From positions 62,001-126,000 of the forward strand of contig NMRA01000725.1 of NCBI GenBank assembly GCA_002633005.1: a stretch of 64,000 bases of DNA. Direction: 5' to 3'. The notes beneath the pieces were generated by a model. The model was not told where the DNA came from, searched no databases, and saw only the letters and a program-made list of their open reading frames with translations. Below are positions 1-12,399 of the stretch, piece by piece (position 1 is the stretch's first letter; each line of letters begins with the position of its first letter). The position numbers and the translations under genes are program-made. This stretch comes from Phoronis australis. Lineage: Eukaryota > Animalia > Phoronida.

Positions 1-1731
1 CTCTTTCTCCAGTTCTCCGGGAATTTTCCTGTCGCCAGTACCTTGTTGAATAGTTTGCATAATACTTCAAGGATGTCACCAGTCAGTGCTTTGAAGAGTT
101 CGTTTGGAATACCATCTTCTCCAGGAGTTTTGTTACTTTTAAGTTTACTTATTTCCTGATTGATTTCGGACATGTCAATTTCTATATTAAGTTGTACCAG
201 GATTTCATCACCAGGTGTATTGGCACATCCATTGCAGCTTTCGTCGTGCTCTCGTGTTTCGTCCAGCAAATTATTAAGGAATTCCTTGTTTTCCCGTACA
301 GGCTCAGTGTTCAAGAGTTTTTCAAAATAGTTATACCATTCGTTCGACGAAATATCCGCTTGTTGAATATTGTTCGGATTTATGATTGTCTTCACGTTTG
401 CCCAGAATATTCTTGGATCAATCACTAATTAGGTTCTTTACCATTTGTTCGTTATAATTCTTCTTTTTTTCACGACAGGTTTCCTTAAATTGACTTTTCG
501 TATCAATATAATTACGTAGTGTATCCACACACTTTGTGGATCTGAAAAGTTTCAATAAATTGTGTTTTTCTATTTTCTTTTGCTCGCAAACGTTGTCGAA
601 CCACCTTGGCTGCTGCCAGTTCACTGCGGGTTTATTGCTTATTTTCATTTCATGGCCGCAAGCGTGGAATAATTCATTTATTAATTTAACTGCTTTGTTA
701 ATATCCATATCGATGGCTGAAGATATTTGGGATAATTTCTCGGTGGTGTCAACGCTAGCTGCCCACTCTTTCTTAAAACTTGAAGATTTGTGTGGCTGCC
801 ACTTGAGTCGGTGCAATGGGGTTGTTCTGACACTAGTGTTCGATCCGTCTGTATCAGCTTCCGTATGTTCTAGATAACGTAGAGTACACATGATAGGGAA
901 ATGGTCTGACTGGTCGTAGTTTAATACTTCAAAGTCATTAATATATTCGAACAGAGATGCCTCGGCAATAACATAGTCAATAGTGCTGCATCCTCGAGTG
1001 CAGACGAACGAATAGTTTCCTTCTCTGTCTGAGGGGTATCTACCGTTAACTATGTGCGTACCATATACTGCCCAAAATTTGGCAAGTTCTTTGCCAAAGT
1101 AGTTAGATTTCGCATCTTGGTTGTTTCTTGGTTTTTCAAAATTATTTTGAACATATCAACAGTCGCTATTGGCAAGGACACTGATATTCGTGATATCGTC
1201 ATCTGGGATGTAGTCTCTGAGTGTAGCTGTCCTTGAATTAAAGTCACCTGTCAAAATAACGCGTGACTGGTTAAATTTCCCATTACTCTTTAAGCAGGTA
1301 AAGTCATCCTCGAGACGATCAACACTGCAGTCAGAAATGTCGTGGCTGTAGTATGCTGACTCTTCGGGAGGGAGATAAATAAAACCTATTATTACATCTG
1401 GCTTGTCTGAGCCTGCAAAGAAATCTTTGAGATGCAAATATACTCTGTCTTCCAAATTCTCACAGATGCGAGTTATTTTGGTTCCTAAATTGTTCTTTAC
1501 CATTACTGTCACTCCACCAGATACTTTGCCGTTATATATGTTTCGTACTGATGTGAACGTGGAATAATTTTCTAAGATATCGCCAAATTCATGCTCTGCT
1601 CTTGCGTGTGATTCAATGAATCCTATGAGGTCGTAGTTTCTAATTATTTTTTTAATTTCTCCTTTGTTTTGTCGTAGCTTACTTTCTAGCCCCCCTATGT
1701 TCCATGATCCTATTTTCATTTCTCTTGTCAT
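1..1731 (-). pseudogene. LINE ORF2 N-terminus (APE endonuclease + linker, start of RT region), frameshifts near 1160 and 420
   Basis: SWNI, GFIES, SGGV, GFIYLPP, GDFNSR; in shifted frame IVNGR, STIDY, SDHFP; then PRWFD and KTPGEDGIPNE. Confidence 0.88.
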
Positions 1732-1737
1732 TGTTTG

Positions 1738-2495
1738 CTATTGACTGTCGTCCTCTTCATTTGTATCCGTTCTATCTCTGAAGATGTATCTATCCTCGTT
1801 GCAGACAACTTTGTCTATATGATCGTCATACAGGTACATTTTCCTGTTGTGATAATGCTTATCAAATTTTATTGTGGCTTCTATAAAATTATTGTCTCTT
1901 GAGAACTGCCATAACTTTGATCTAGCGATACGAACGTTCTTGCTGAAGTCTTCAGCCACCGAGTATTGAGTTTCACTCCTTAATTTTCTTTTGCCTTTTA
2001 AGATCTGCAACTTGTCCTTGAACGAACTCAACTTTGCGATGATATTGGTCGAAGTTTGCTACGGTTCTTACGACCAATCCTATGGGCCCGCTCAATCTTA
2101 ACCTCTGATATGTCGAGGTGGTTATCGACTAGTTCCTTTACTGCAGTTTCCGCTTCTTCCCATGTTTCCGAATTCCCCTTGGGAATGCCGTGAAAAATTA
2201 GGTTGTCCCGTCTATACCTGTTCTCTAAATCAACCACCTTGCTTTCCAAGTGCGCCACCTGTTGTCTCAAACCGACATTTTCCTGCTTCATTTCCTTGCA
2301 TTGGCGACTTAAGGATTCTATTTTACCAGACAAATCTTCTCTCATTTTCTCAAATTTTGTATTCATTTGCTCTAGTAGTTCTGTATTCGATATATCAGGT
2401 GGATTACTTTCAGGTTGAGTCATATACGAAGGTAAGGTCCGGTTGCGCAATCCTTTCGCAGGTCCTGCATTAGGTGTGCCTTTACCTCCTGGCAT
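1738..2495 (-). pseudogene. LINE ORF1 (coiled coil + L1-type RRM), one frameshift near 2040
   Basis: Coiled coil LRQQVAHLESKVVDLEN then RRDNLIFHGIP and IERAHRIG...RPI; continues in second ORF SSFKDK...VAEDFS. Confidence 0.85.
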
Positions 2496-4135
2496 GATTT
2501 GCTATTGTTACGTAACCTGTATATACACTGTAAACTGAAACAGCTCTGACACCTCAGTGTAGGTAACCCTATAGCAGGTTATGGAACTGTCTCAAAGTCG
2601 GTTTTCACTCAGTCTAATGAAGTTTGACCAACCTTCAATCGTTCTGTAGATGTTGAGTATCACTTTCTTCTGACTGCAGTCCACACTTTTGCGTATTACC
2701 GTAGTAATTTCTGGTTTTAGTATGAGCGATGTAGAAATGCGTTCACAAAAATAGTGCCACCTATCTGAGTCCGGAAACTGCATGTAATGTTTTAGTAAAA
2801 AGTCAGTTTCTTGAACTTGTGTGTATTAAGTCGAAGTTAATACTATCAGTTACCAGGAAAATATTCGGAATGAAAGGATAATGCTGCTAAAATCATTCAT
2901 AATGCCTAAATGTTGTTGTAGAAATTAAGAGTTTGAGAAAATACTGATTACTAATGATATGACTAAATAATAAATGGTAAAATCTGTTTTATTTTTGTGG
3001 CAGAGATGTACTTAGACCTTCATAAGTGGTAAAGTTTTGTGAGTTCCCTTTGCTATGATTTGTTCACCTATTAAATGAAAACATGAGATTGGAGCAACAG
3101 AGTGATGTGTTGTGTATTTATCAAATAATGCCAAGTGAAATATCAATATACTCCTAATCTGTGACCAGAGCTTGAAACTCCAAGATTTTGGCATTAATGG
3201 TTTTCATAAGGCATTGGTAGAAAAGTCTTGATATCTGTAGGCTAAGTCTTCTCATTTCCATACTACAATTTTTACTGTTATCCGCTTTGGAAAGCAATTT
3301 TCGACAGTTACACAAATGATTGGGCCTCAACTAAAGTAACTATATGCCATGATGTCGTACTTTTGCTCCTAATACAGGCTCCGCCTTCTATCATGTGATA
3401 TATTATGTTAATGCATTTTTTGCAAAATTATATCTCGGTTTGGCTTGATCTCTCTCGTGATCACAAGGTTTTATCTCAATCATAAACTGTTTTTCTCATA
3501 TGACCTGGAATGTGTTGACACACGACTGGTTAATGACACCGAGTACGTATTTTTGATATTACTTGGGCGAATTACAAAGTAGTGCAAAGTAAAAATCCAT
3601 ACGCCTTACATTTTATCGTCTGCAAAACACTGATACCAACAATCAAATAGTGCTGAAATTCCGTGAAGGTGCCGGGTTGTGATTGACAAATCGCAACTGT
3701 ACATACTCCCAGTCGGCAGGACGTGCAATCAATTTCTTAAACGGATCGATCAACAGCGGCGAATTCCATATCCACCTTCATTCAAACGGAGACGAACCCC
3801 AGCTCAAAAATCGCGAAGAGACTCTTTAGCTGTGCTGTCTCAAGATCAATTCAGTGCTCACGCGTGGGGAAAACCTTGCTGACTGTTATTTATAAACATT
3901 TGCTAAGTTTTAGTATTACAACTTCAAAGACTATTTATTAGATTATATCTTGAACATTTGTTACGAAAACAAACTTTGTCATTTTGACAAAATTTCCAAG
4001 AAGCTTTGATCATGTTATCAATCTGAGACTCGTGTAGGATTCTATGTCCGATCATAAACTTTAGTACATGGACCGCCTACTCCGTATATTTTCAATGGAC
4101 GAAATCTGTTATAATACACAAACCTCATACATGTA

Positions 4136-6354
4136 TTAATACTCCAGAAATAACCTCTATGTTCACTCAAAAACCAATCTCGCACTTCAACAGCAGTTTA
4201 TATGTACTCCACCGGGACGTTTCATTTTAACTAAGCTCGAACGAACTCCAGTGCCTGATGGGAGATCTTGAACAGCGTTTCAATGCCGAAAAAAAGTTTT
4301 TTCTTTGTACTAGACAGTAAAATTTATGGAAAAATTCCCCGTCACATTACATATTTAACCGGAAGCCGAATTTGTAATGAGCAGAGGTTGGCGCCTCCTC
4401 TAGGATATTTCGCAAGAAAATGTAGGAATTGCGTCTGTTGTCTATAATCTATGGTCTAATGTAGGTAGCACGCGCATGCATCTCCAAAGATGTTGCAAAT
4501 ATCTGTATTGTTGATAAGAACTACAGTCACGTGGCTAACGATTCCAGTTGAGACAGATATTAATCTTGATTATATCTGCGCAATATCACATGAGAAAAAA
4601 TAACGAATTTTATTTCAACATTGGCAACTTCTTCTTTGTCCGCTGACGAATATTTGTAGAGTTTTTCTAATTAAATGTGGAATTTGCGCCGCGTTTTCTA
4701 CGGTTAGGGAATTTTTTAGTGATTATCCGCCATCACTGTAGGCAAAAGCGGTTGCCACTATCTCACGTGCATCGGTCGAATCAAGAAAATTTCCTTACTT
4801 GGTTGGGCATTATAATAGACAAACATTAGGTGCAAAATTTAGATGTCCATCGCAATGAAATGACTTAATTGCTTGACAAGGGGAATTTTCAGCCTCATTG
4901 GGGAATTTTTGGTATATGTAAGGGGAATTTTGTCCGATTTAGGGAGTGAAATAAGGCCATTATTCGGAATCAGAATTAAGGGATCGGTTGCCCTCCAGAA
5001 AAAAACATCCTTTAGTGGAAACGAAGTTGTTACGGTATAGGTAATCGTTACGCCGCCGGTAACTCTCTCCTCTCCTATGTCGAAAGATAACGTGTTCATT
5101 GTTCGTTTTTTTGAGGAACTCGTTTTTTGCAAAAAGAAACTGTTGTTCAATCTTTATCCTGTGGATAGTGACGCATATTTTTGTATATCTTCCAACACCT
5201 AAAAATCCTGCCGTTAGAGAGATAATGTCAATTTCACAGTAGAAAGGTAGAGATACATGTAGGTTGAAAAATAGTATGAAAAGGAAACGAATTCCGGATT
5301 ACTTTTTAGTGTCGAATTTTACTCAGATACTCGCCCAAAATTGCAACCAAGTCATACAGCAGGGCCAGAGAAAGGTGCTAGTTCAACCCAAAGTCCAACC
5401 TCATCAAACGCAGGCCCAGATTGCACCCCGTCAACTTCCTCTCCTCGCCTACTACGGGGCATTTCCTCATCGAAGTAAATATATATCAGATGTCACAAAA
5501 ACTAAGCCACTTTTTCACAGATAATTTCTCAGCAATTGAGAGACCGAATTCGTTTAAATTTTTCACAATGTATCTTCAGGGTGCTACTGCAAATAGACTT
5601 TTTCCTAAAGTACACAACGTAGGGTCTGTTGCGCGTAAAAGTGGCAGTGTGATACCCAAGACTGCATGTTTGAAATAAAACGAGGATCTTGTTGAGGAAT
5701 TCATTCAATCCAAGCAGGACAACCCGGGGAATCACAAATCTCTGAGGGAAGTCAAAAGAGATCAAAATGTTAGAAGGAAAAGACAAACACGATGCCGCTA
5801 CTTGCACCTATGTGAAAAGAATCATTTTCACTGATGAAAAACACTTTACGCTAGAAATTGCTGAAAATCAGCAAAACTATGGTGTTCATGGGAAACAAAA
5901 ACGAGAAATTCAGTCATCTCGACTCTATCATGAGACTTTCAGATTTTTCCAAAAAAGTAATTGTTTCCAATGGAGTATTTTGGGAATGAAAAACAATTAT
6001 TTGCTTTATTTGCACTGATACACACAAAGTTAACAGTCAATGCTGCATGCAGTCATTGGACGAAAATCTCCTTGATTTTAGGCGTTTTTATACTGGAAAA
6101 AATACGTATTTCAGCAAGATGGAACCCTTCACTAGATCAAGATAACCCAGTCTCATCTGTAGGAAGCCACATCAGAATTCAACAAAAACCTGAGTGGCCT
6201 CCGCAGAGTTCTGACTTCAATCCATTGGACTATGCCATATGGGACTCTCTGAAGGAGAAAGTTTACCAGGGAATGGGAAGCAAATTGACTAACCTAAAGC
6301 AAGATTTAAAAGACAGGAAAATTGTGTCATGGGGGAAATATGGATGGAAGAAAT
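4136..6354 (+). repeat. Copy 1 of a 2.2-kb direct duplication (copy 2 at 6736-8953), probably two haplotypes
   Basis: Sequences align end to end with scattered SNPs and small indels; copy 1 stops at single N 6355. Confidence 0.9.
5486..6354 (+). mobile_element. Tc1/mariner transposon, decayed, truncated by assembly junction
   Basis: Left TIR at about 5487; IIFTDEK and WPPQSSDFNPLDYAIW motifs. Confidence 0.85.
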
Positions 6355-6355
6355 N

Positions 6356-6735
6356 CACTCACACTACTGTCACTGTGATACGGGTTACCGACTCCAGCCA
6401 TTTTCATCTTGCAACACACTAAACAATCCCTAAATCCAACGTAGTTGAGTTCTCTACTAACCTATCTTGCCGCAGAATACTCGCCGATGGAAAGTGGTGG
6501 CGACAATTGTTGAAAAACAGCACAAAACAAAAGTAGAATAGAACAGATTCGCACGGTAAAGTCAACGCAAAACCAAATGGCGGGAAACGCTTGCCTCCTA
6601 AAACGCCACTTCCGGAGTAGCGGACGAGTAATTTATGAAATTACGAAAAGATGTAATTAAGTGGAAAATATGTCTAGGATAACCAACCAACCTTGTTTTA
6701 GCTCAAAATGACATGGAAAAGGATTGCCTTCGCCT
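6356..6735. mobile_element. Terminus of a TTAA-targeting (Kolobok-like) DNA element
   Basis: Ends ...TTCGCCT|TTAA exactly where homology with the empty TTAA site at 4136 begins; other end lost at N 6355; family assignment is inference from terminus pattern. Confidence 0.5.
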
Positions 6736-8953
6736 TTAATACTCCAGAAATAACCACTAGGTTCACTCAAAAACCAATCTCGCACTTCAACAGCAGTTTA
6801 TATATACTCCACCGGGACGTTTCATTTTAACTAAGCTCGAACGAACTCCAGTGCCTGATGGAAGACCTTGAACAGCGTTTCAATGCCGAAAAAAAATTTT
6901 CTTTGTACTAGACAGTAAAATTTATGGAAAAATTCCCCGTCACATTACATATTTAACCGGAAGCCGAGTTTGTAATGAGCAGAGGTTGGCGCGTCCTCTA
7001 GGATATTTCGCAAGAAAATGTAGGAGTTGCGTCTGTTTATAATCTATGGTCTAATGTAGGTAGCACGCGCATGCATCTCCAAAGATGTTGCAAATATCTG
7101 TATTGTTGATAAGAACTACAGTCATGTGGCTAACGATTCCACTTGTGACAGATATTAATCTTGATTATATCTGCGCAATATCACATGAGAAAAAATAACG
7201 AATTTTATTTCAACATTGGCAACTTCTTCTTTGTCCGCTGACGAATATTTGTAGCGTTTTTCTAATTAAATGTGGAATTTGCGCCGCGTTTTCTACGGTT
7301 AGGGATTTTTTTTAGTGATTATCCGCCATCACTGTAGGCTAAAGCGGTTGCCACTATCTCACGTGCATCGGTCGAATAAAGAAAATTTCCTTACTTGGTT
7401 GGGCATTATAATAGACAAACATTAGGTGCAAATTTTAGATGTCCATCGCAATGAAATGACTTAATTGCTTGACAAGGGGAATTTTCAGCCTCATTGGGGA
7501 ATTTTTGGTATATGTAAGGGGAATTTTGTCCGATTTAGGGAGTGAAATCAGGCCATTATTCGGAATCAGAATTAAGGGATCGGTTGCCCTCCAGAAAAAA
7601 CATCCTTTAGTGGAAACGAAGTTGTTACGGTATAGGTAATCGTTACGCCGCCGGTAACTCTCTCCTCTCCTATGTCGAAAGATAACGTGTTTATTGTTCG
7701 TTTTTTTGAGGAACTCGCTTTTTTGCAAAAAAAAACTGTTGTTCAATCTTTATCCTGCGGATAGTGACGCATATTTTTGTATGTCTTCCAACACCTAAAA
7801 ATCCTGGCGTTAGAGAGATAATGTCAGTTTCACAGTAGAAAGGTAGAGATACCTGTAGGTTGAAAAATAGTATGAAAAGGAAACGAATTCCGGATTACTT
7901 TTTAGTGTCGAATTTTACTCAGATACTCGCCCAAAATTCCAACCAAGTCATACAGCAGGGCCAGGGAAAGGTGGTAGTTCAACCCAAAATCCATCCTCAT
8001 CAAACGCAGGCCCAGATTGCACCCCGTCAACTTCCTCCCCTCGCCTACTACGGGGCATTTCCTCATCGAAGTAAATATATATCAGGTGTCACAAAAACTA
8101 AGCTACTTTTTCACAGATGATTTCTCAGCAATTGAGCGACCGGATTCGTTTAAATTTTTCACAATGTATCTTCAGGGTGCTACTGCAAATAGACTTTTTC
8201 CTAAAGTACACAACGCAGGGTCTGCTGCGCGTAAAAGTGGCAGTGGGATACCCAAGACTGCATGTTTGAAATAAAACGAGGATCTTGTTGAGGAATTCAT
8301 TCAATCCAAGCAGGGCAACCCGGGGAATCACAAACCTCTGAGGGAAGTCAAAAGAGATCAAAATGTTAGAAGGAAAAGACAAACACGATGCCGCTACTTG
8401 CACCTATGTGAAAAGAATCATTTTCACCGATGAAAAAGACTTTAAGCTAGAAATTGCTGAAAATCAGCAAAACTATGGTGTTCATGGGAAACAAAAACGA
8501 GAAATTCAGTCATCTCGACTCTATCATGAGACTTCCAGATTTTTCCAAAAAAAAGTAATTGTTTCCAATGGAGTATTTTGGGAATGAAAAACATATATTT
8601 GCTTTATTTGCACTGATACAGACAAAGTTAACAGTCAATGCTGCATGCAGTCATTGGACGAAAATCTCCTTGATTTTAGGCGTTTTTATACTGGAAAAAA
8701 ATACGTATTTCAGCAAGATGGGACCCTTCACTCGATCAAGATAACCCAGTCTCATCTGGAGGAAGCCACATCAGAATTCATCAAAAGGATGAGTGGCCTC
8801 CGCAGAGTTCTGACTTCAATCCATTGGACTATGCCATATGGGACTCTCTGAAGGAGAAAGTTTACCAGGGAATGGGAAACAAATTGACTAACCTAAAGCA
8901 AGATTTAAAAGACAGAAAAATTGTGTCATGGGGGAAATATGGATGGAAGAAAT
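6736..8953 (+). repeat. Copy 2 of the 2.2-kb direct duplication
   Basis: TTAATACTCCAGAAATAACC start matches 4136; paired ORFs (103, 86, 85, 92 aa) at about 2.6-kb offset. Confidence 0.9.
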
Positions 8954-9242
8954 ACGGAAAAGCATCTCTGGGTGGAAGAAACGTCTCCGTTTAGTCGTCC
9001 AGGAAGATGGAGGCCACATTAAGCAAGGACTGAAATAAGCGACCTTCCCTTTGATATTTTATTTTTTGACCTGATATTTTTAATTTAACTGTACTCGCAC
9101 AATTGGACACAGATTTCTTTGATATTTTGTGCATTTTTTGATGATGTCCTAAGATTCAAAGGTAAGAAATTTGAAATAAATCGGTATATTCTTTGCTGAG
9201 AAATTACTTGTCAAAAAGTAGCTCACTTTTTGGGACACCTGC
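8082..9242 (+). mobile_element. Tc1/mariner transposon (DD37D/maT-like), both TIRs present, transposase decayed
   Basis: About 49-bp TIRs CAGGTGTCACAAAAACTAAGCTACTTTTT... (8083) and ...AAAAAGTAGCTCACTTTTTGGGACACCTG (9241), TA flanks; IIFTDEK, FQQDG, SSDFNPLDYAIW with about 36-37 residues between second and third Asp across a frameshift. Confidence 0.92.
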
Positions 9243-9889
9243 TATAATCCTCAGTAACATTATTGTAATAATTCGGACGAGCTCCCTAAAAGTACATAGA
9301 GATTTGATTCAGGTCTCTCTTATGTTACAAGCCACCAACACGTCAACTAGAAAATCTTTAAAGCCTTGTCATCTCATCTGGACTCCTAACGTCACATTTG
9401 TTTTGGAATAATAGTATGTAAACCACAAGGTAAATGCAAACATCCAGGAATCGCAGTTACCACAATCACGTTACCTGTGCACAAGGACTCAAAATGGCAC
9501 TGCCTTACAATACACGTCGTTTCAGCGTGCGAACTCTTTGGTCTGCGAGTTAACGCTTCCGTAAGTCACATGTGCTCTTCCCTACAAATGGTTCCACATT
9601 TCATCGTTAATGCTATTCATTTGAAAGAAAAGGAAATAAGTTCAAAATGTTATGAATGGAGATTTATTCGCTAAGGGCCGGTTTAGTCTGACGCATTTTC
9701 AGCTTATTCTGAGGTCTATCCCGTTTTATGCCCTGCAAACCTTTTTCTAGTTCGTTTCCTCTATCGTTGGTCTTACTAGCAAAGATCCCGAATGTATAGT
9801 TAAGCTATCTTTATGCTTTATGTTCGTTCTGATATCTGTGTAACAAAGAAGGCGGACTGGCGTTGTGTACGCCTGTTCTCAGCAGCTCC

Positions 9890-9990
9890 GTGATTGGCTG
9901 AACTCGTTAGTCTGATTGACATGTGCAAACGAACCATAGCCGATGTGTCTTACTTGACGAAATCACCCCTTCGAACAGTATATAAAACGG
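9890..9990 (+). promoter_or_regulatory. Candidate Pol II core promoter: inverted CCAAT (GATTGG about 9892) and TATA box TATATAAAA (9979-9987)
   Basis: Motifs lie 70-165 nt upstream of a signal-peptide ATG at 10057. Confidence 0.6.
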
Positions 9991-10056
9991 CCCTCACACC
10001 AAATCGACATTGCTAACGTAAGTGATCTCTGCTTATCTTTGATCGAACCACAAGTT

Positions 10057-10129
10057 ATGAAGACGTCACTGTTGTGCTTTTTAGCCGGTATTGCATTATT
10101 GGCGATGCTGGGTCTCGCTACCGGCGAAG
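10057..10129 (+). CDS. First coding exon of an unidentified secreted protein (signal peptide MKTSLLCFLAGIALLAMLGLATGE)
   Basis: MK + hydrophobic core + A-T-G cleavage pattern; perfect donor AAG|GTAAGT in phase 1; TATA upstream. Confidence 0.72.
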
Positions 10130-10904
10130 GTAAGTACAGAGGAAGATTGTCACAGGATGCCATTTGTGAGAGATTGGCGAATTAGAACATTGCACCTACA
10201 TGTGCACAGGGTGAGTGAATGATACCAGTATAAACAGACTTTAAATTCCTCGCTGTAGTATATTGGTTGACTATTGTTATTGTCATATGGTGTTGACTGA
10301 AATTCTACTCGAATCCATTTATTTGGGCGAAAATTTCAACTGTTTTAGTAGTGCCACTGAGTAAAGGCAGAGTCCTTTCTCAGGAGTGGAAACCAATAAT
10401 ATTCTTCATGCTGTAGAGTTTCTGTGGGGAACCGTCTAAGATACATATTAATGAGGGCGATCTGATCAAGAAAATGACTTGGTAAAATACAATTATGCAG
10501 GGAAAACGCAATTAATCATGTGATTTCTTCCAAATACCCATTGTTGATGTAAGTGAATTGAGGTTATAATAGTTTTATAGTTTAAATTTTGGCTAAAATG
10601 AATTTTAAATTGCTACGCTGAACTGGATAAATAGTAGCCAAACTCAAAACCGATATTAACTGGTGTGACATTTATCGAAATCGTGAGATTCGTGAGATGT
10701 GATTTACTACTGCAGACAGATTCCTCTGAAATAAACCACTAAAATGTATATGCTGCAACCACATAGTGGTTACAGTTCGCTAATGGGAGACCGAGTTTTT
10801 CATTGATAATTCCTTTGGCAATACCTAGGTGGCTGCAAGAGAGAATATTTCCTTATTTACACATTTTAATTACATTTAGAATTTAACCGTGTTCTTCTCT
10901 TCAG

Positions 10905-10942
10905 TATTCGTTCCTAAAACAAAAGCGGTTTTGAAACATCAG
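10905..10942 (+). CDS. Candidate exon 2 of the secreted protein (VFVPKTKAVLKHQ)
   Basis: Branch-like TTTAAC + GTTCTTCTCTTCAG acceptor; open in phase 1; ends at weak donor CAG|GTCTGA or reads to TGA at 10946-10948. Confidence 0.35.
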
Positions 10943-11172
10943 GTCTGAGTAAATATAATTACTTTCAAATCCTTGTCCTATGTAGGAGTCATGGGCTTTG
11001 AACACACGGGATAGTCGGATATGGTACGTTGAATGCATATTGTCAAACCGACAAGGCCGGTTTCACTGAAACAAATATAATGGAATAAAAAGTCTCGGGA
11101 AATACGTTCACGTTACAATAAAATAAAGATACATATAGGTTATACAACGTACGTGTTTGTACCAGTGGCACA

Positions 11173-11232
11173 GTGTATGCAAAAGTATTTGAACTCGGGC
11201 ATCGCCTTCGTTCAAATACTTTTGCATATCAC
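11173..11232. repeat. Near-perfect hairpin, probable core of a non-autonomous DNA element
   Basis: TATGCAAAAGTATTTGAAC...GTTCAAATACTTTTGCATA arms around TCGGGCATCGCCTTC. Confidence 0.75.
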
Positions 11233-12246
11233 GAATTGGAATCTTTAAAGAAGCAGGTTTACACAGATTGATCCGCTTGTTTTGGTGTCGTTTGTCATCT
11301 TTTCTCAATGATGGTCGCAGATCGCGTGACACTTATACGTGCACGCAATATTTTTATGAATGAAATTTTTGCAGCCTGCATGACACGGCAGTCAAGTTGT
11401 ATTTTACGGCAGCTATACAGGCTTGGGGTGCATATCTGCTATTTTCAGTATTTTTCTCAGAGAATGAGCTAAATCTACTTCTAAATTAAAATTTACTTTC
11501 GTTTCTGACGCTGTTTCTTGACTTCGTTGAGTAATATCTGTGCAGGACACCCAGACGTTGTGACTGATGCACGTTCTGACGCTTCTTCAAATGCTCCTTG
11601 CGCGCGGATCTTATCATTTTTAGGTTGAAAGTATTCCGAAATTTATTTTAAAATTGACAAAAATACGATATTTACTGCAGTTGCAGTTTTGCTTTTGTGC
11701 TCGATGTATTTTGATTGTTTTGAGAACGAATTTAAAAATTGACTCATATTTGACCCTAAAGAACCTCAACTGGTTTAGTGCAATAGTTGACCAAAGGGAG
11801 GCATGCATTGGTAATGCATATTGCTTTCCTAATCCCAAATGTATTGTGGCAAGTTCGAGATTTTTTGTGATTTTTAATTTTTAATTTTGCCCCTGAGCAG
11901 AACACTTAAAAGTGTTCTGCTCAGGGACAAAATTTCAAGTGATATTGTCAACAACATTTTTATTTTACTTTTTTGTTTAGTTTTGAAAACGCACATCGTA
12001 GTATTGGCATGTGAAAATATTGCGCACGGAGCTGAACCCAAAGTGATGCTATATATACAATCATATTTTATAAATTGTTGTGTTGTGTGCTCAGGAGGGA
12101 ATTTTGGCGAGAAAAGAAACATCCGTATTCAACGTGCGTTGAATACGGAAAAGTAGTTCTTCCATATCAAACATCACAATACGACCCGTATTTCATTGCC
12201 ATATAATATAAATATAGGTTATCTCACATACAGGAATACTATTACG

Positions 12247-12345
12247 ATATCCTATCGAGAATACTTTTCATCTGGGAATGTCCCAACGAGAACGAGACCG
12301 AGATGGGACAATCTTTCCAGATGAAATGAATTCGAGATAGGATAT
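12247..12345. repeat. Imperfect 100-bp palindrome
   Basis: ATATCCTATC...TTTCATCTGG...TGTCCCA pairs with TGGGACA...CCAGATGAAA...GATAGGATAT. Confidence 0.7.
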
Positions 12346-12399
12346 TCCAATATGTTCTTCACACGAAGTGGTTCAGCATGTTATTGTGATGTAATGCAA

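Larger units (their letters stand above)
1..2600 (-). mobile_element. APE-type non-LTR retrotransposon (LINE), 5' portion, frameshifted; continues beyond left edge; clade unresolved (RTE-X or CR1/L2-group-like)
   Basis: ORF1 followed 7 nt later by ORF2 with endonuclease motifs and the pre-RT motif KTPGEDGIPNELFK...GKFPENWRK at the window edge; 5' boundary approximate. Confidence 0.9.

Noticed and set aside
4136-8953. Two independent mariner insertions
   Set aside because: Flanks are duplicated too and the junction is a single N; best read as two haplotypes of one insertion
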